The notes under the pieces: generated by a model
What the model was told of the DNA's origin: nothing
What the model saw: only the letters and a program-made list of their open reading frames with translations
The model's database searches: none
NCBI GenBank assembly: GCA_964016885.1
Contig: OZ024742.1
Coordinates: forward strand, 172,484,001 to 172,548,000
Source: Eledone cirrhosa
Taxonomy: Eukaryota
DNA length: 64,000 nt
Reading direction: 5' to 3'
In this document: piece by piece, positions 1 to 12,446 of the stretch
How positions within the stretch are numbered: the stretch's first letter is position 1
Layout: the number at the start of each line of letters is the position of its first letter
Made by a program: the position numbers and the translations under genes

Positions 1-81
1 TGCAGTTTTTCCACGATTTCGTCTATTGGTGACCCCCGTTTCAAAGTAACTTATTCCGTGCAACGCCGGGTACCACTGCTA

Positions 82-82
<1 letters not shown>
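1..82 (+). mobile_element. 3' end of non-autonomous Helitron-like element
   Basis: Ends in an imperfect short hairpin (TCCGTGCAACGCCGGG) then CTAG|T into (TA)n; reverse complement matches the terminus at 54582-54660. Confidence 0.65.
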
Positions 83-180
<98 letters not shown>

Positions 181-184
181 TATA

Positions 185-270
185 TTAAAATAACAGATTA
201 AAGTTTACACAAATAATCGCTGCTTTCACCCTCTTTGGATTTTACTCTTCACGTTTATTATTATTACTAT
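185..270. repeat. Rearranged fragment of the pLTR-like repeat family also at 22330-22560, 24500-24627, 63622-63875
   Basis: ATTAAAATAACAGATTAAAGTTTA...CTTTCACCC joined to the reverse complement of GTAATAATAATAAA..TGAAGA..AAAATCCAAAGAG; flanked by (TA)n. Confidence 0.7.
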
Positions 271-330
271 ATATATATATATATATATATATGAAATTGG
301 AATAAATGCTCTGAAATAGCGATATATATG

Positions 331-591
331 TGAATATAGACATAGAATATTCGAAAATATTCTGTATGTTTATAATAAACATTTTGAAGACCTAATCGCT
401 ATAGAATAGAATACGTCACGTATTACAATTAGATTCTCGATAAAAGCAAGGGAAGTAATCGAATTGATTACTTCCCTTGCTTTTATCGAGAATCTAATTG
501 TAATACGTGACGTATTCTATTCTATAGCGATTAGGTCTTCAAAATGTTTATTATAAACATACAGAATATTTTCGAATATTCTATGTCTATA

Positions 592-595
<4 letters not shown>
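331..595. repeat. Perfect palindrome, 130-bp arms, 5-nt loop GAATT
   Basis: 331-460 is the reverse complement of 466-595, read directly. Confidence 0.95.
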
Positions 596-667
<72 letters not shown>

Positions 668-731
668 TATAGACATAGAATATTCGAAAATATTCTGTAT
701 GTTTATAATAAACATTTTGAAGACCTAATCG

Positions 732-1403
732 CTATAGAATAGAATACGTCACGTATTACAATTAGATTCTCGATAAAAGCAAGGGAAGTAATCAATTCGA
801 TTACTTCCCTTGCTCTCAATGATCATCTCCACACATCTTTTCACAGCAAAATCAATGTTAATGGATGGGTACAGTGACACCACATCCATGCTGCCTATTA
901 TGCAGTTGGATAGGCTCCTGTTTTTGTTGCACTCACTGATTCTGCTGAGGAGGTCCTCTGTACTTTCACATACATCTGGGGACATCTTGATTATGGGGCG
1001 TATAACCATTGAGAGGAAGTAGGAGATCCTGTAGTTGCTAGCTATATTAGCTCCGCATACAGGTCTTCTATAGAATAGAATACGTCACGTATTACAATTA
1101 GATTCTCGATAAAAGCAAGGGAAGTAATCAATTCGATTACTTCCCTTGCTCTCAATGATCATCTCCACACATCTTTTCACAGCAAAATCAATGTTAATGG
1201 ATGGGTACAGTGACACCACATCCATGCTGCCTATTATGCAGTTGGATAGGCTCCTGTTTTTGTTGCACTCACTGATTCTGCTGAGGAGGTCCTCTGTACT
1301 TTCACATACATCTGGGGACATCTTGATTATGGGGCGTATAACCATTGAGAGGAAGTAGGAGATCCTGTAGTTGCTAGCTATATTAGCTCCGCATACAGGT
1401 CTT
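732..1403. repeat. 336-bp tandem duplication (palindrome core + antisense PLE RT fragment)
   Basis: 732-1067 repeated at 1068-1403; 1149-1451 is the reverse complement of RT segment 4267-4569. Confidence 0.9.
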
Positions 1404-2307
1404 GTTGGTGGTCCTATTGTCGGGTCGTCGACTGTCTTGTGGTCTTTGCGGTACCTCATGGTACGACAACCAGAGATATCAGAGTGTCATGTTTGTGGAC
1501 GCCACCCCTGGAGGGAAATTAGCTAACCAGTGTAGAAAGGCCCTGAGAAAGACCCACTTAAAAATAAAGGTGGTAGAAAAGCCAGGAACCACCATAAAAT
1601 CCCTGATCAGCAAAACCTACCCTTTTAAGAAAACCCACTGTACCAATAGGAAATGTATCATATGTAAGGTGAACCCCCGGATAAACTGTAAAACTAGAAA
1701 CGTAGTCTATAGCATAAGATGTACAGAGGGTACTTGCAGAAACACGACAACAACATACATAGGTGAGACAGCTCGTAGCATAGGTGAAAGGATAGACCAA
1801 CACTGGGGGGAACTAAAAGGACGAAAAAACGGGTCAGTACTATACGAACATGCTAGACAACATCATGACGGTAACATAGACAACATAGAAATTAGAATAA
1901 TATCTAAACATAGGAATGACCCAGCAGATAGGCAAATCAGAGAGGCCAGTGAAATAGAAATTAGAAGACCAAAGCTAAACAGAAAGAATGAGTGGAACAA
2001 CAACAACACCCAAACAAACAACACTGACCTAAGAGAAGTATAAATAAATAAGTAAATTAAATTAAATAAAATAAGATAAATAAATACATACACAAGCACA
2101 TAAACACACACTAGTCACCCAGCAGACAACACTATACACACTAGTCACACATCACACATAACACTATACACACACGCAAACGCATGCGCAAAGAAGACAA
2201 AATAAAATAAGATAAACAAACAAGCAAATAAATAAATAAATATATAGACAGACTGAACAAAAAAAATGGCGTAGACATACAACACAACAGGAGGAACAAT
2301 GAATATA

Positions 2308-2350
2308 ACACCACTGACGATGTTGCAGATGTGCAACGAAAGATTTATGT
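2308..2350 (+). ncRNA. Hammerhead-like motif in upstream pLTR (second copy at about 6454-6496)
   Basis: CTGACGA-T-GTTGCA gatg TGCAAC-GAAA-GATT-TA; core and stem II are good, stems I/III weak. PLE pLTRs are known to carry minimal hammerheads. Confidence 0.5.
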
Positions 2351-2536
2351 AAACTATATATATATGTGTTTGTCTATATTGTATCTGTATTATTTTTGAC
2401 CGCCGGTCAGTCAATGGCAACATTGAGGACCGAGTAAGTTAGATCGCAGATATATATATATAAAAGACAGCGAGAAGCGAAAACCAACCAAACAGTGAGT
2501 GTGTTCTGTTATTAATTCTGGCAATATTACGCAAAT

Positions 2537-5500
2537 ATGACCCTCCCCAAATATAACAATATCTGTTTCGACACACGATTTCATATAAAAAACCTCGCAA
2601 AACTAATTCATCGCCGCTATGGCATTAGCTTGTGCCAAGCTGAAAGGTTATTGAAAGACACTGTTTTCTGTTATATAAAAACTACAATAACAACAGAACA
2701 AATCCGCTTCTTAAAACACTGTGTTTCCTCCAAAACATACACAACAAACATATCAAAACAAGTAAATAATTTATTATTGAACAAAACACAAGCTGAACGG
2801 CTAAAACACACAATAACAGTTAATATGAAAAGAACAACATACACAAAAGTCAACGCACTCTACAGACAAAAACGCATCAACGGTAAGGAAATCCGAAATC
2901 TCATCACAGCAAACGAGAGAGATGACTTCATGAGCGTCATCCGACGCGAAACGAAATATGCTCAAAACGAATGCTGTAGGCATTTCAAGAAGAAATTAGA
3001 ATGGATGAATAAGAAAAAACTACAAGAAAGGAAAATCGAATATTCTCAAAAATACCCAGATAACATCGACAACATCCGTATGAGTGATGTAAAACTACCG
3101 GAAGAATTTACCAATGACCACACAGTAAATATCTATGGGAACACTTTAATCAGTGAACAAGAACAACAAATCCTAAAGTTACCACCAAAATTTGCCATCT
3201 ACAAAAAGATTAATCCTATGGAATGCAAAACGGAGCTGGAAAAGTGTTTCACAAAAATACGTTGGAATGCAAAGGTAAACAACAACAACAATAATAACGG
3301 TAGTAGTAATATAAACAATAACTCTGGGTATAGAAATAACAGCCATAACCATAACAATGGCAGGAAAGTGAGAAATAGTGATAATGGTAATAATACTAGC
3401 GATAGACAGAACAACAACAACCACAATAATAATAATAATAGAAACGTTAACCACAGACACAGCAACAGTGACCACAGTAGTAATAACGGTAACAATACGA
3501 ACAACAACAACAACAATAACCACAGTGGTAATAATGGAAATAGTACATGTAGCAACATCAACAAAAACAAGAAACATAATAATAGTAACAACCACAATGG
3601 TAGAAATAGCAGTAACAACAACAATAACGGTGAAGTAAACAACAATACATCTAGCAATCATAACAATAATAATATTAATGCTAAGGATAGAAACAACAAC
3701 AACCACCATGATAACAATAATAGCAACACACACAACTATGACGATAGAAATAACGACAACCCCTTAGAGAAACTATTTTTCAACCCAGCTGACAAAACAT
3801 ATAAGATGGGTAATATCTATCCTACGAGGTTACCCTTTAATAAAAGAGTTTGCATACCACAACAAATAGATGACGAGACGGAGGCACAGTTCACCATAGC
3901 TAGAAATAAGATTAGACAAGTAGTAGACAGGTACACTATGAGACAGAGCAGACCAGAGGCCCAACAACTTGGGATAAAACCTGTAGAAGGCTTGGTTAGC
4001 CTCAAGCAGCGCACAAGGGATGGTGAGGTAGTGTGTCTACCCACAGATAAGTCTGGTAGGATGTCAATAGATAGCATGCCGAACTACATCGAGGCAATGC
4101 AACCCCACATCACCAACACGAGCGAAGTTGCACAACTAACACACGATGGGAGAGAAAAAATCCTCAACGCTCACATGATGATGTGGACTGACATCCTAAA
4201 GCCAAGCAGACGCACTGCCAACAACTTCCAGGCGTCTAACAATGGCATACCACCCTTGTATGGGCTCCGCAAAGACCACAAGACAGTCGACGACCCGACA
4301 ATAGGACCACCAACAAGACCTGTATGCGGAGCTAATATAGCTAGCAACTACAGGATCTCCTACTTCCTCTCAATGGTTATACGCCCCATAATCAAGATGT
4401 CCCCAGATGTATGTGAAAGTACAGAGGACCTCCTCAGCAGAATCAGTGAGTGCAACAAAAACAGGAGCCTATCCAACTGCATAATAGGCAGCATGGATGT
4501 GGTGTCACTGTACCCATCCATTAACATTGATTTTGCTGTGAAAAGATGTGTGGAGATGATCATTGAGAGTGAGGTGGAGTTCTGCGACGTCGACACAGAC
4601 GAACTGGGCCTCCTACTTAGACTTACCTACGACACTGACTACCTAGACAGCCATGACCTTAGATGTTTCTGCCCTAGTAGACCTATAAGAGGTAGACCCC
4701 CCACCATAACCTCAATGGCTAAAAAGACTCCCATAGGAAGGTGGATTGGGTGGACCAAAGCTATACGGACCCCCCAAAACACTGATCAGGTAAGAAAAAT
4801 GGTCGCACATGCAATAGGGGCTAGTATCAAAACTACCCTAAAGGGCCACATATTTAAGTTCAATGAGAAAATCTACACCCAAAATGAGGGAGCAGCCATC
4901 GGCGTCAGCATAGCTGGCGATGTTGCCAACCTTTTCATGGTATGGTGGGAAAGGAGACTTAAAGATCTCCTTAATGAAAGCTCCATAGACCTCATCATGT
5001 ACTCTCGTTATGTAGACGATATCAATATAGTTATAAGAACACCCCCACTAGAGAGCACTAACAAGTTTGATTTAGAACGTAGCACGATGGAAAGCATCCA
5101 GCAGATAGCTAATTCCATACACCAGAGTATAACTGTAACTATAGACTTCCCTTCCAAACACCCTAACAATAGACTACCTGTATTAGACACAGAACTCTGG
5201 ATTAACACTATAGACGAGAGAGCCCAAATTCTCCACTCACACTATGCTAAACCCATGGCCTCCAAATACCTGATACTCAAAAACTCAGCAATGTCCAGTA
5301 GTGCTAAGTTTAATATTCTGATCGCAGATTTGGTACGAGTGATGAAGAATGTGTCCAGCATGTGCGACCCAACAGAAATGGAAGGACACATCCAACACTT
5401 CATCAACCGCATGCAGTTCTCTGGCTACAACCAAAGAGACAGAGTCAGAGTATACGAAGGAGCCATGGAAAAGTATAAGACCCTCATAGAACTGGACATG

Positions 5501-6166
5501 AAAGGAATTTGCCCACTATACAGGAGCAAATCATGGAATAGCTTAGATAGGGCTAGACATAAGATAGGGAAGGCCACATCATGGTACGACAACCAGAGAT
5601 ATCAGAGTGTCATGTTTGTGGACGCCACCCCTGGAGGGAAATTAGCTAACCAGTGTAGAAAGGCCCTGAGAAAGACCCACTTAAAAATAAAGGTGGTAGA
5701 AAAGCCAGGAACCACCATAAAATCCCTGATCAGCAAAACCTACCCTTTTAAGAAAACCCACTGTACCAATAGGAAATGTATCATATGTAAGGTGAACCCC
5801 CGGATAAACTGTAAAACTAGAAACGTAGTCTATAGCATAAGATGTACAGAGGGTACTTGCAGAAACACGACAACAACATACATAGGTGAGACAGCTCGTA
5901 GCATAGGTGAAAGGATAGACCAACACTGGGGGGAACTAAAAGGACGAAAAAACGGGTCAGTACTATACGAACATGCTAGACAACATCATGACGGTAACAT
6001 AGACAACATAGAAATTAGAATAATATCTAAACATAGGAATGACCCAGCAGATAGGCAAATCAGAGAGGCCAGTGAAATAGAAATTAGAAGACCAAAGCTA
6101 AACAGAAAGAATGAGTGGAACAACAACAACACCCAAACAAACAACACTGACCTAAGAGAAGTATAA
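2537..6166 (+). CDS. PLE polyprotein: reverse transcriptase + GIY-YIG endonuclease, 1209 aa, uninterrupted
   Basis: PTDKSG, LYGLRKDHK, GSMDVVSLYPSI, QNEGAAIG, YVDD RT motifs; CxxxxCxxC linker (CTNRKCIIC); NVVYSIRC...YIGETAR...ERIDQH GIY-YIG; long insert between RT motifs A and B' as in Naiad/Chlamys PLEs; Asn-rich tract at about 3277-3760. Confidence 0.93.
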   Translation: MTLPKYNNICFDTRFHIKNLAKLIHRRYGISLCQAERLLKDTVFCYIKTTITTEQIRFLKHCVSSKTYTTNISKQVNNLLLNKTQAERLKHTITVNMKRTTYTKVNALYRQKRINGKEIRNLITANERDDFMSVIRRETKYAQNECCRHFKKKLEWMNKKKLQERKIEYSQKYPDNIDNIRMSDVKLPEEFTNDHTVNIYGNTLISEQEQQILKLPPKFAIYKKINPMECKTELEKCFTKIRWNAKVNNNNNNNGSSNINNNSGYRNNSHNHNNGRKVRNSDNGNNTSDRQNNNNHNNNNNRNVNHRHSNSDHSSNNGNNTNNNNNNNHSGNNGNSTCSNINKNKKHNNSNNHNGRNSSNNNNNGEVNNNTSSNHNNNNINAKDRNNNNHHDNNNSNTHNYDDRNNDNPLEKLFFNPADKTYKMGNIYPTRLPFNKRVCIPQQIDDETEAQFTIARNKIRQVVDRYTMRQSRPEAQQLGIKPVEGLVSLKQRTRDGEVVCLPTDKSGRMSIDSMPNYIEAMQPHITNTSEVAQLTHDGREKILNAHMMMWTDILKPSRRTANNFQASNNGIPPLYGLRKDHKTVDDPTIGPPTRPVCGANIASNYRISYFLSMVIRPIIKMSPDVCESTEDLLSRISECNKNRSLSNCIIGSMDVVSLYPSINIDFAVKRCVEMIIESEVEFCDVDTDELGLLLRLTYDTDYLDSHDLRCFCPSRPIRGRPPTITSMAKKTPIGRWIGWTKAIRTPQNTDQVRKMVAHAIGASIKTTLKGHIFKFNEKIYTQNEGAAIGVSIAGDVANLFMVWWERRLKDLLNESSIDLIMYSRYVDDINIVIRTPPLESTNKFDLERSTMESIQQIANSIHQSITVTIDFPSKHPNNRLPVLDTELWINTIDERAQILHSHYAKPMASKYLILKNSAMSSSAKFNILIADLVRVMKNVSSMCDPTEMEGHIQHFINRMQFSGYNQRDRVRVYEGAMEKYKTLIELDMKGICPLYRSKSWNSLDRARHKIGKATSWYDNQRYQSVMFVDATPGGKLANQCRKALRKTHLKIKVVEKPGTTIKSLISKTYPFKKTHCTNRKCIICKVNPRINCKTRNVVYSIRCTEGTCRNTTTTYIGETARSIGERIDQHWGELKGRKNGSVLYEHARQHHDGNIDNIEIRIISKHRNDPADRQIREASEIEIRRPKLNRKNEWNNNNTQTNNTDLREV

Positions 6167-6746
6167 ATAAATAAGTAAATTAAATTAAATAAAATAAGAT
6201 AAATAAATACATACACAAGCACATAAACACACACTAGTCACCCAGCAGACAACACTATACACACTAGTCACACATCACACATCACACATAACACTATACA
6301 CACACGCAAACGCATGCGCAAAGAAGACAAAATAAAATAAGATAAACAAACAAGCAAATAAATAAATAAATATATAGACAGACTGAACAAAAAAAAAAAA
6401 AAAAAAAAAAAATGGCGTAGACATACAACACAACAGGAGGAACAATGAATATAACACCACTGACGATGTTGCAGATGTGCAACGAAAGATTTATGTAAAC
6501 TATATATATATGTGTTTGTCTATATTGTATCTGTATTATTTTTGACCGCCGGTCAGTCAATGGCAACATTGAGGACCGAGTAAGTTAGATCGCAGATATA
6601 TATATATAAAAGACAGCGAGAAGCGAAAACCAACCAAACAGTGAGTGTGTTCTGTTATTAATTCTGGCAATATTACGCAAATATGACCCTCCCCAAATAT
6701 AACAATATCTGTTTCGACACACGATTTCATATAAAAAACCTCGCAA

Positions 6747-6848
<102 letters not shown>

Positions 6849-7110
6849 CGAGAGGAAGAGTGATATTTATGACATCTCAATACCATGCTGTGTTTCACGT
6901 TTAACTGATACTGCATCATCGAGTCGTATACTGCCCTTCTCAATGCTAACAGAAGTTAAATATTCGTAGAGTACTTTATCTATGGAATCAGCAGCGAATT
7001 AACACAATTCAACAAGCTTCATAGAGTAATCAAGAAAAATATATAATTATCAGCGTCTAACGTTTATTGAATTATTCAATCAAGACATCGAAGTGAATGC
7101 TATATATAAA

Positions 7111-7298
7111 TAATTGTTTCTACTTTAGGCACAAGGCCAACAATTATCCAGTGCATTACTGGTACTTTATTTTATCGACCCCGTAAGGATGAAAGGCGAA
7201 GTCAACCTCGGCGGGATTTGAACTCAGATCGTAAAGGGACGTAACTCTACGCTGCAAAGAATGGCGTCTGACCCTCTACAGATACTGCCAATCCACCA
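7111..7298 (-). mobile_element. tRNA-derived SINE
   Basis: Minus strand has an A-box-like TGGCAGTAT start and B-box GAGTTCAAATCC; multi-copy in window. Confidence 0.8.
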
Positions 7299-7499
7299 TC
7301 ATATATATATATGTTACGTATTTCCGTGGAAAAGGTAAAGGAAAGAAGAGTGTTCTATGTACACTACACAGATATTTAATGTTTAGGTAATATGCAAACA
7401 CAAAACAATGAATAAACTTAAATAACTCTTTAACTAAGATGACGGTAATTGTGAATAAAAGAAAAAGAGAGGTTATATGTCTTAATCCGTATGGTGAGC

Positions 7500-8200
7500 A
7501 AATTGGGTCCCACGTGGGGGCCTCCCCACAGCTCCCGCGGAAAGAATGGAGGAAGCGTTGCCCCGGAGGATTGTCAGGGAGATGCGTTGGAAGAGCCTTT
7601 CCAACTCGCGAAGCTCATAACTGCCGCTGGCCAGCTCAGCCCATATGGTGGCGAATAAGGAGGTAACCCTATGGCCAAGGACACCAGAAGTCTCCACTGC
7701 CAAGGGTACGACCACGAACCTGTTGGAGAGCGACCGGTACTTGGAGAGTTTGGTCTCCTCAGCCCGACATGCAGAAGTACCTGGCTTAGTCGCAGACTGC
7801 ACCAGGTTGCGACTGCAGAATGTGTCGCTGCAAGTGGCATCCCAGACGAGGGGTATGCCACCGCGGAACGGGAAGATGGTCATACCGTCTGGCCTTTTTT
7901 GCCGCCCCTCGGTCCAGCCCCACCGGCTCGAGCTGGGAGACGAAGCCTGCAGCCTCCAAGCCATGCTTTATGACCACGTTCAGGGAAGCATGGCGTGGCA
8001 GGCGGCAGGCACTGTGGCGACAGGAAAGCGGGTGGAGGCCGAAAGAGTCCAAGCTCGAAGGAATTGTCGATGCGCAGGCTATCGTTATCCACCTGCGAGC
8101 AAGTGGAGAAGGAGGGCAAGGCATGTAGCCAGGAAGCACTTTGGGGTTTGGAGGCTGCGCGAAAATAGGCAAGGCGGTGCTGGTCGAGCTGGCACGTGAG
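7500..8200 (-). pseudogene. Frameshifted 3' fragment of an RLE-type non-LTR retrotransposon (CRE-like)
   Basis: WLHALP, RHASLN, LEPVGLDRG, KRPDGMTIFPF..LVWDATC, VPLAVETSG, FQRISLTILRGNA split over several frames; GC-rich island. Confidence 0.75.
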
Positions 8201-8356
8201 CCTGTCTGAAGCCAGGCTGCACTGGGTGGAATCCCAAATATCTATAATATATCCATATTTAAGTTGATGAGCCATATCAATCGTTTCTGTTAGAATCGTC
8301 TAACTTCGCGAAACCTTCGGTAATTGTATAATTATATTGTGTTATGTATTACATAA

Positions 8357-8388
<32 letters not shown>

Positions 8389-8984
8389 AACTCACCACCC
8401 CTACACACATGTATTTATACATTCACATGTATATATATTTATACATTCACATGTGTATATATATATACATGTTAGCGTATATTACTTATATTACATAGCA
8501 ACTAGTCATACGATTTTCTTGGTACTCTTAGTTTCATTATATGCTTTTATTAATCGTAGGAGATTAATGATCTGGGGACCATCAATTTGTAGGTTTTCGT
8601 AGAACACATGCTTCCGACCTCATACTGTCGTAAACGCAATTCACTCGTGTATCTTCAGTGTATATATATAACACACACAAATAACATATATATCAAATAC
8701 ACTCACATATTACCATACACAAATACATGTTTAAATTATATAAATCAGCATGAATATTTATTTCATTTCATAAATGTTCTTTGTTTTTGCATAGTGTTAT
8801 GTATATATGAGTGGGCGGTGGTTTGGTACGTTTCTAATTTCAAATCTGCCCATATTTATTACATGTCAATTATAATGCGTAGTTCCGTGTCGAGTTAGAT
8901 TTTAATCGTTTTCAACATCTGCATCGTTTCTAACAGATCTTTTCACTTTCAGACCGTATGTAAAATTGATGTACTAAGAATCCT

Positions 8985-9170
8985 AATTATTTCTACTTTT
9001 GGCACAAGACCACAATTAACCAGTGCATTACTGGTACTTTATTTTATCGACCCCGTAAGGATGAAAGGCAAAGTTAACCTCGACGGGATTTGAACTCAGA
9101 ATTGCAAGGGCCGTAACTTTATGCGTCAAAGCATGTCGTCTGACCCTCTACCGATACTGCCAATCCACCA
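8985..9170 (-). mobile_element. tRNA-derived SINE
   Basis: Same family as 7111-7298. Confidence 0.8.
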
Positions 9171-9509
9171 TAATGTTACAGGTTCAATTACTGTAGGTAG
9201 ACGACGGCGTTTTGTGTTCTCGAGCACAATATCGTTTTCCACTATGCTAATTCTGCTAGGATTTGCGACCAACAGATATTTAGAATAATGAAGGGACAAA
9301 TGGTAATCACTGAAAGGACGAATGGAAAAGTATCCTTGCTCTGATATGATGATTGATTTCTTTTATTTTACTTTCCTATATACAGAAGGTGGCCAATTGT
9401 TAGTGAAATTAGGGCATCAACTTAAATGGCGTAGCATATATTCTGGCTCTCTGCAACCTGAGTTATTATCCTGCTATAGTTATCTTTGTCTATCATTATT
9501 TGTAAGGGT

Positions 9510-9670
9510 AGGACGCCATGCTTTGAAGCATAGAGTTACCTCCCTTTATGATCTGAGTTCAAATCCCGCCGAGGTTAACTTTGCCTTTCATCCTTACGGG
9601 GTCGATAAAATAAAGTACCAGTAATGCACTGGAATAATTGCTGGCCTTGTGCCAAAAGTAGAAACAATTA
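9510..9670 (+). mobile_element. tRNA-derived SINE (opposite orientation)
   Basis: GAGTTCAAATCCCGCCGAGGTTAACTTTGCCTTTCATCC...GTACCAGT...GGCCTTGTGCC. Confidence 0.8.
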
Positions 9671-12174
9671 TTTGGGGGGTGGTTAAATGAAATATCAGTA
9701 CATGCGCGCCCTGAATTGGACAATTGTTTATGAGACGGACCTGAGCGTTCAGATTTAAAACACCAGGTTCTAATGTCAGAACACGTATACGTTTATGAAG
9801 CTAAACAGTGTGACAAAGATAGTGACAAGCAGAATCCACCACACGAGGTGCTGCTAGTGTCACCACCTCCCTGGTAAAATCAACAACAATATTAATGGAA
9901 AAGCAATTATACATTCCATCTGGTCTAAAAATATTGGTTTCTAATTCAGGTCCAGACACAGCAAATGGGGAGTGGGATGCCGATTATATAGACTTAAGAT
10001 CTTAACTGGTATCTTTTTGTATTGACCCCGAAAGATGAAAAGTGAAGTGAACAAATTTGGATTTGAACTCAGAGTGTAAAGCTAGTCACTAAGGTGAATA
10101 CAATTTATCTACATGACGATGCAAAGATGTCGATGAGGGTGATAAGGTTCAGGTTGTTAATGAGGGTGATGTTAAAGCTGATGATGATAATGATCTTGAT
10201 GATAGTAACGACGTCATTAACTTCAGCCATGATGATGCAGCTTAGGAAAAGAGTAAAGGTAGAAACAGAGCTGGGTGTAGTATGTATAGAAAGGAGAAAC
10301 AAGATCTAATGGTGAAATATCATTGATGCTTGTGATATTTTTTGGACGCGAGGAGGAGACGTAAATAGAGAAATACAAATGGTTATTTCGGTTCATTTTT
10401 ACTGGTGTATACTTACTGTAGGCGTACAAAAAGCGCAGAAGAAAAGGTAGAGATACTATCGTTGAAAGAATCACTTGAAATAGATCAAACGGAGAAGAAG
10501 AGAAATCTGTGGAAAGGAGAATGTAAAGAAGAGAAGAGGAACTCGTTGAAGAACAAGTAGAACAACAACCACAGACAAAAATGGAAGGAGAAAATGTAGA
10601 CTAAGAAAACAGAAACAACAACAACAATAATAATTAGAAGAAGCGGGAGAAGGATTTGAGGGAGCGACGGAATGCACAAGATTAATGAAAGGATGTTAGA
10701 TAAAAAGCGTGTATTTATATTTAATTAGAGAGAAAGGCTTTCGGAAATATATGATTACGTGGTATCGCGAACATCACAAAAGGTCTTCGATGTTAATATA
10801 AATGGTGTGGGGTAGGACGCGAGGTAAATAAATAAAATACACTAAAATGTATAGAACAAAAAACGTTTTCAGTGCAGTTAAGATATATGATGAAGACAAA
10901 CGTTGTTTACATTTCTCTGAGAAAACAGGTTGACGCCATAGTATACAAGTGTTCTCAAGTGAGTCCACAGTTAGTGTGCACAGCGCTCGATTACTCATGT
11001 TCAGACAAACTAGTTAAATATTTAACTACTATAACAACAGCTATCAATAATCATAACGTGGTGGAGTGGTAGAATTATTTGAACGTCTGAGAAAATTTTC
11101 TGTGCGAAATTTCTTTCTGGGATGAATTCCTCTCAACATCAACCCATCATTTTATTCCCCCTTGATCGATAAATCATATCACTTCATCCTAGATATGTTG
11201 TTCTATAGCACGACACCACAAAATTGCGGGCGATGGAGCTAAATTAGGAGTCATTACATAATATCAGATATATATTTTGTAGTTTTACAGTTTTTGGCAT
11301 CATGGTGATGGTATAGTTTCATTTTACACACAAACGCGCTATTGTACATTCAGCAACACTATGTTACCCACGAACCCGCCACTTTACACACAACCACGCC
11401 ACATTACACACACAATGCCATGCTATTCACAACCATGCCATTTTACACACAGCAACGGAAAGCTAATCACAACAAGGCCATGTTACGCAACCCCATACAT
11501 TGTTACTTATTGCACCATTTTGTTCTCTATCACATCGTGTCGTTCCCTATTTGAATGGAATCCAAATTTTTGGCTTAGGTATATCCAACTGCTATTGCAG
11601 TAAGAAATCAATTTATTTAATCTCTTGCGAAGACACCGAAACAGATGTTCATTCACGATCAGCTGAATCGACTATGCGTTTGGAATTTTCGATAAACGGC
11701 ATTTCGCATCATATACAATGCTCTGTCGTGAAAATGGACATATTGGATGTTATAGTCCAATTATCTCCTACCTGAAAAATAGTGATCCATCGTACCATGT
11801 GAAATATGTTTCTGCTCCAGTATAAGTTGTGATATTTTGCACCTAATACCTATATAATTTATTAACGTATCAGTTCCGCTGCTTAATCTACTAAAGCAGA
11901 AAGGGGAGGGAAGCAGGCCTTTTGGTGTTACGTGAGCAGGAATCAAAGTGGCTTTGCTTTATATACAAGATATCCATCATTGTCAGAAGGCACATTTCTT
12001 CTGTTCTCTCACAAATCACTCACGTTTATATATACAATCTATCAATCTTTCAGATATGTATTACATATTATATAATACAGAAACTGCCACACACACCAAC
12101 ACACACACACACACATACGTACACACCAACTCACACACACACACACAATCACAAACACACACACACACACACAT

Positions 12175-12212
<38 letters not shown>

Positions 12213-12400
12213 TGGGGATGTCTTAGCCCTAATACAGATATATGTAGTTCATGATCGGCTCGAATTTTGCGAATGTAATATTTATGAGTTTAGAAATCGG
12301 TGGTCCTGTCCCCTAGACGGTGTGTTTATAGTTGGCTTTCTTTTCCCACTGCAATATTTATGTAGAGGTCATTCGAGGCTATTATTCTATACATGTACAT

Positions 12401-12446
<46 letters not shown>

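Noticed and set aside
749-1459. Short RT-like ORFs ending KGSNRIDYFPCFYRESNCNT
   Set aside because: Chance read-through from inverted RT fragments into the palindrome, not genes.
2537-6166. Possible selenoprotein-type Naiad (in-frame UGA + SECIS)
   Set aside because: The ORF has no in-frame stop, and the Cys motifs use ordinary codons.
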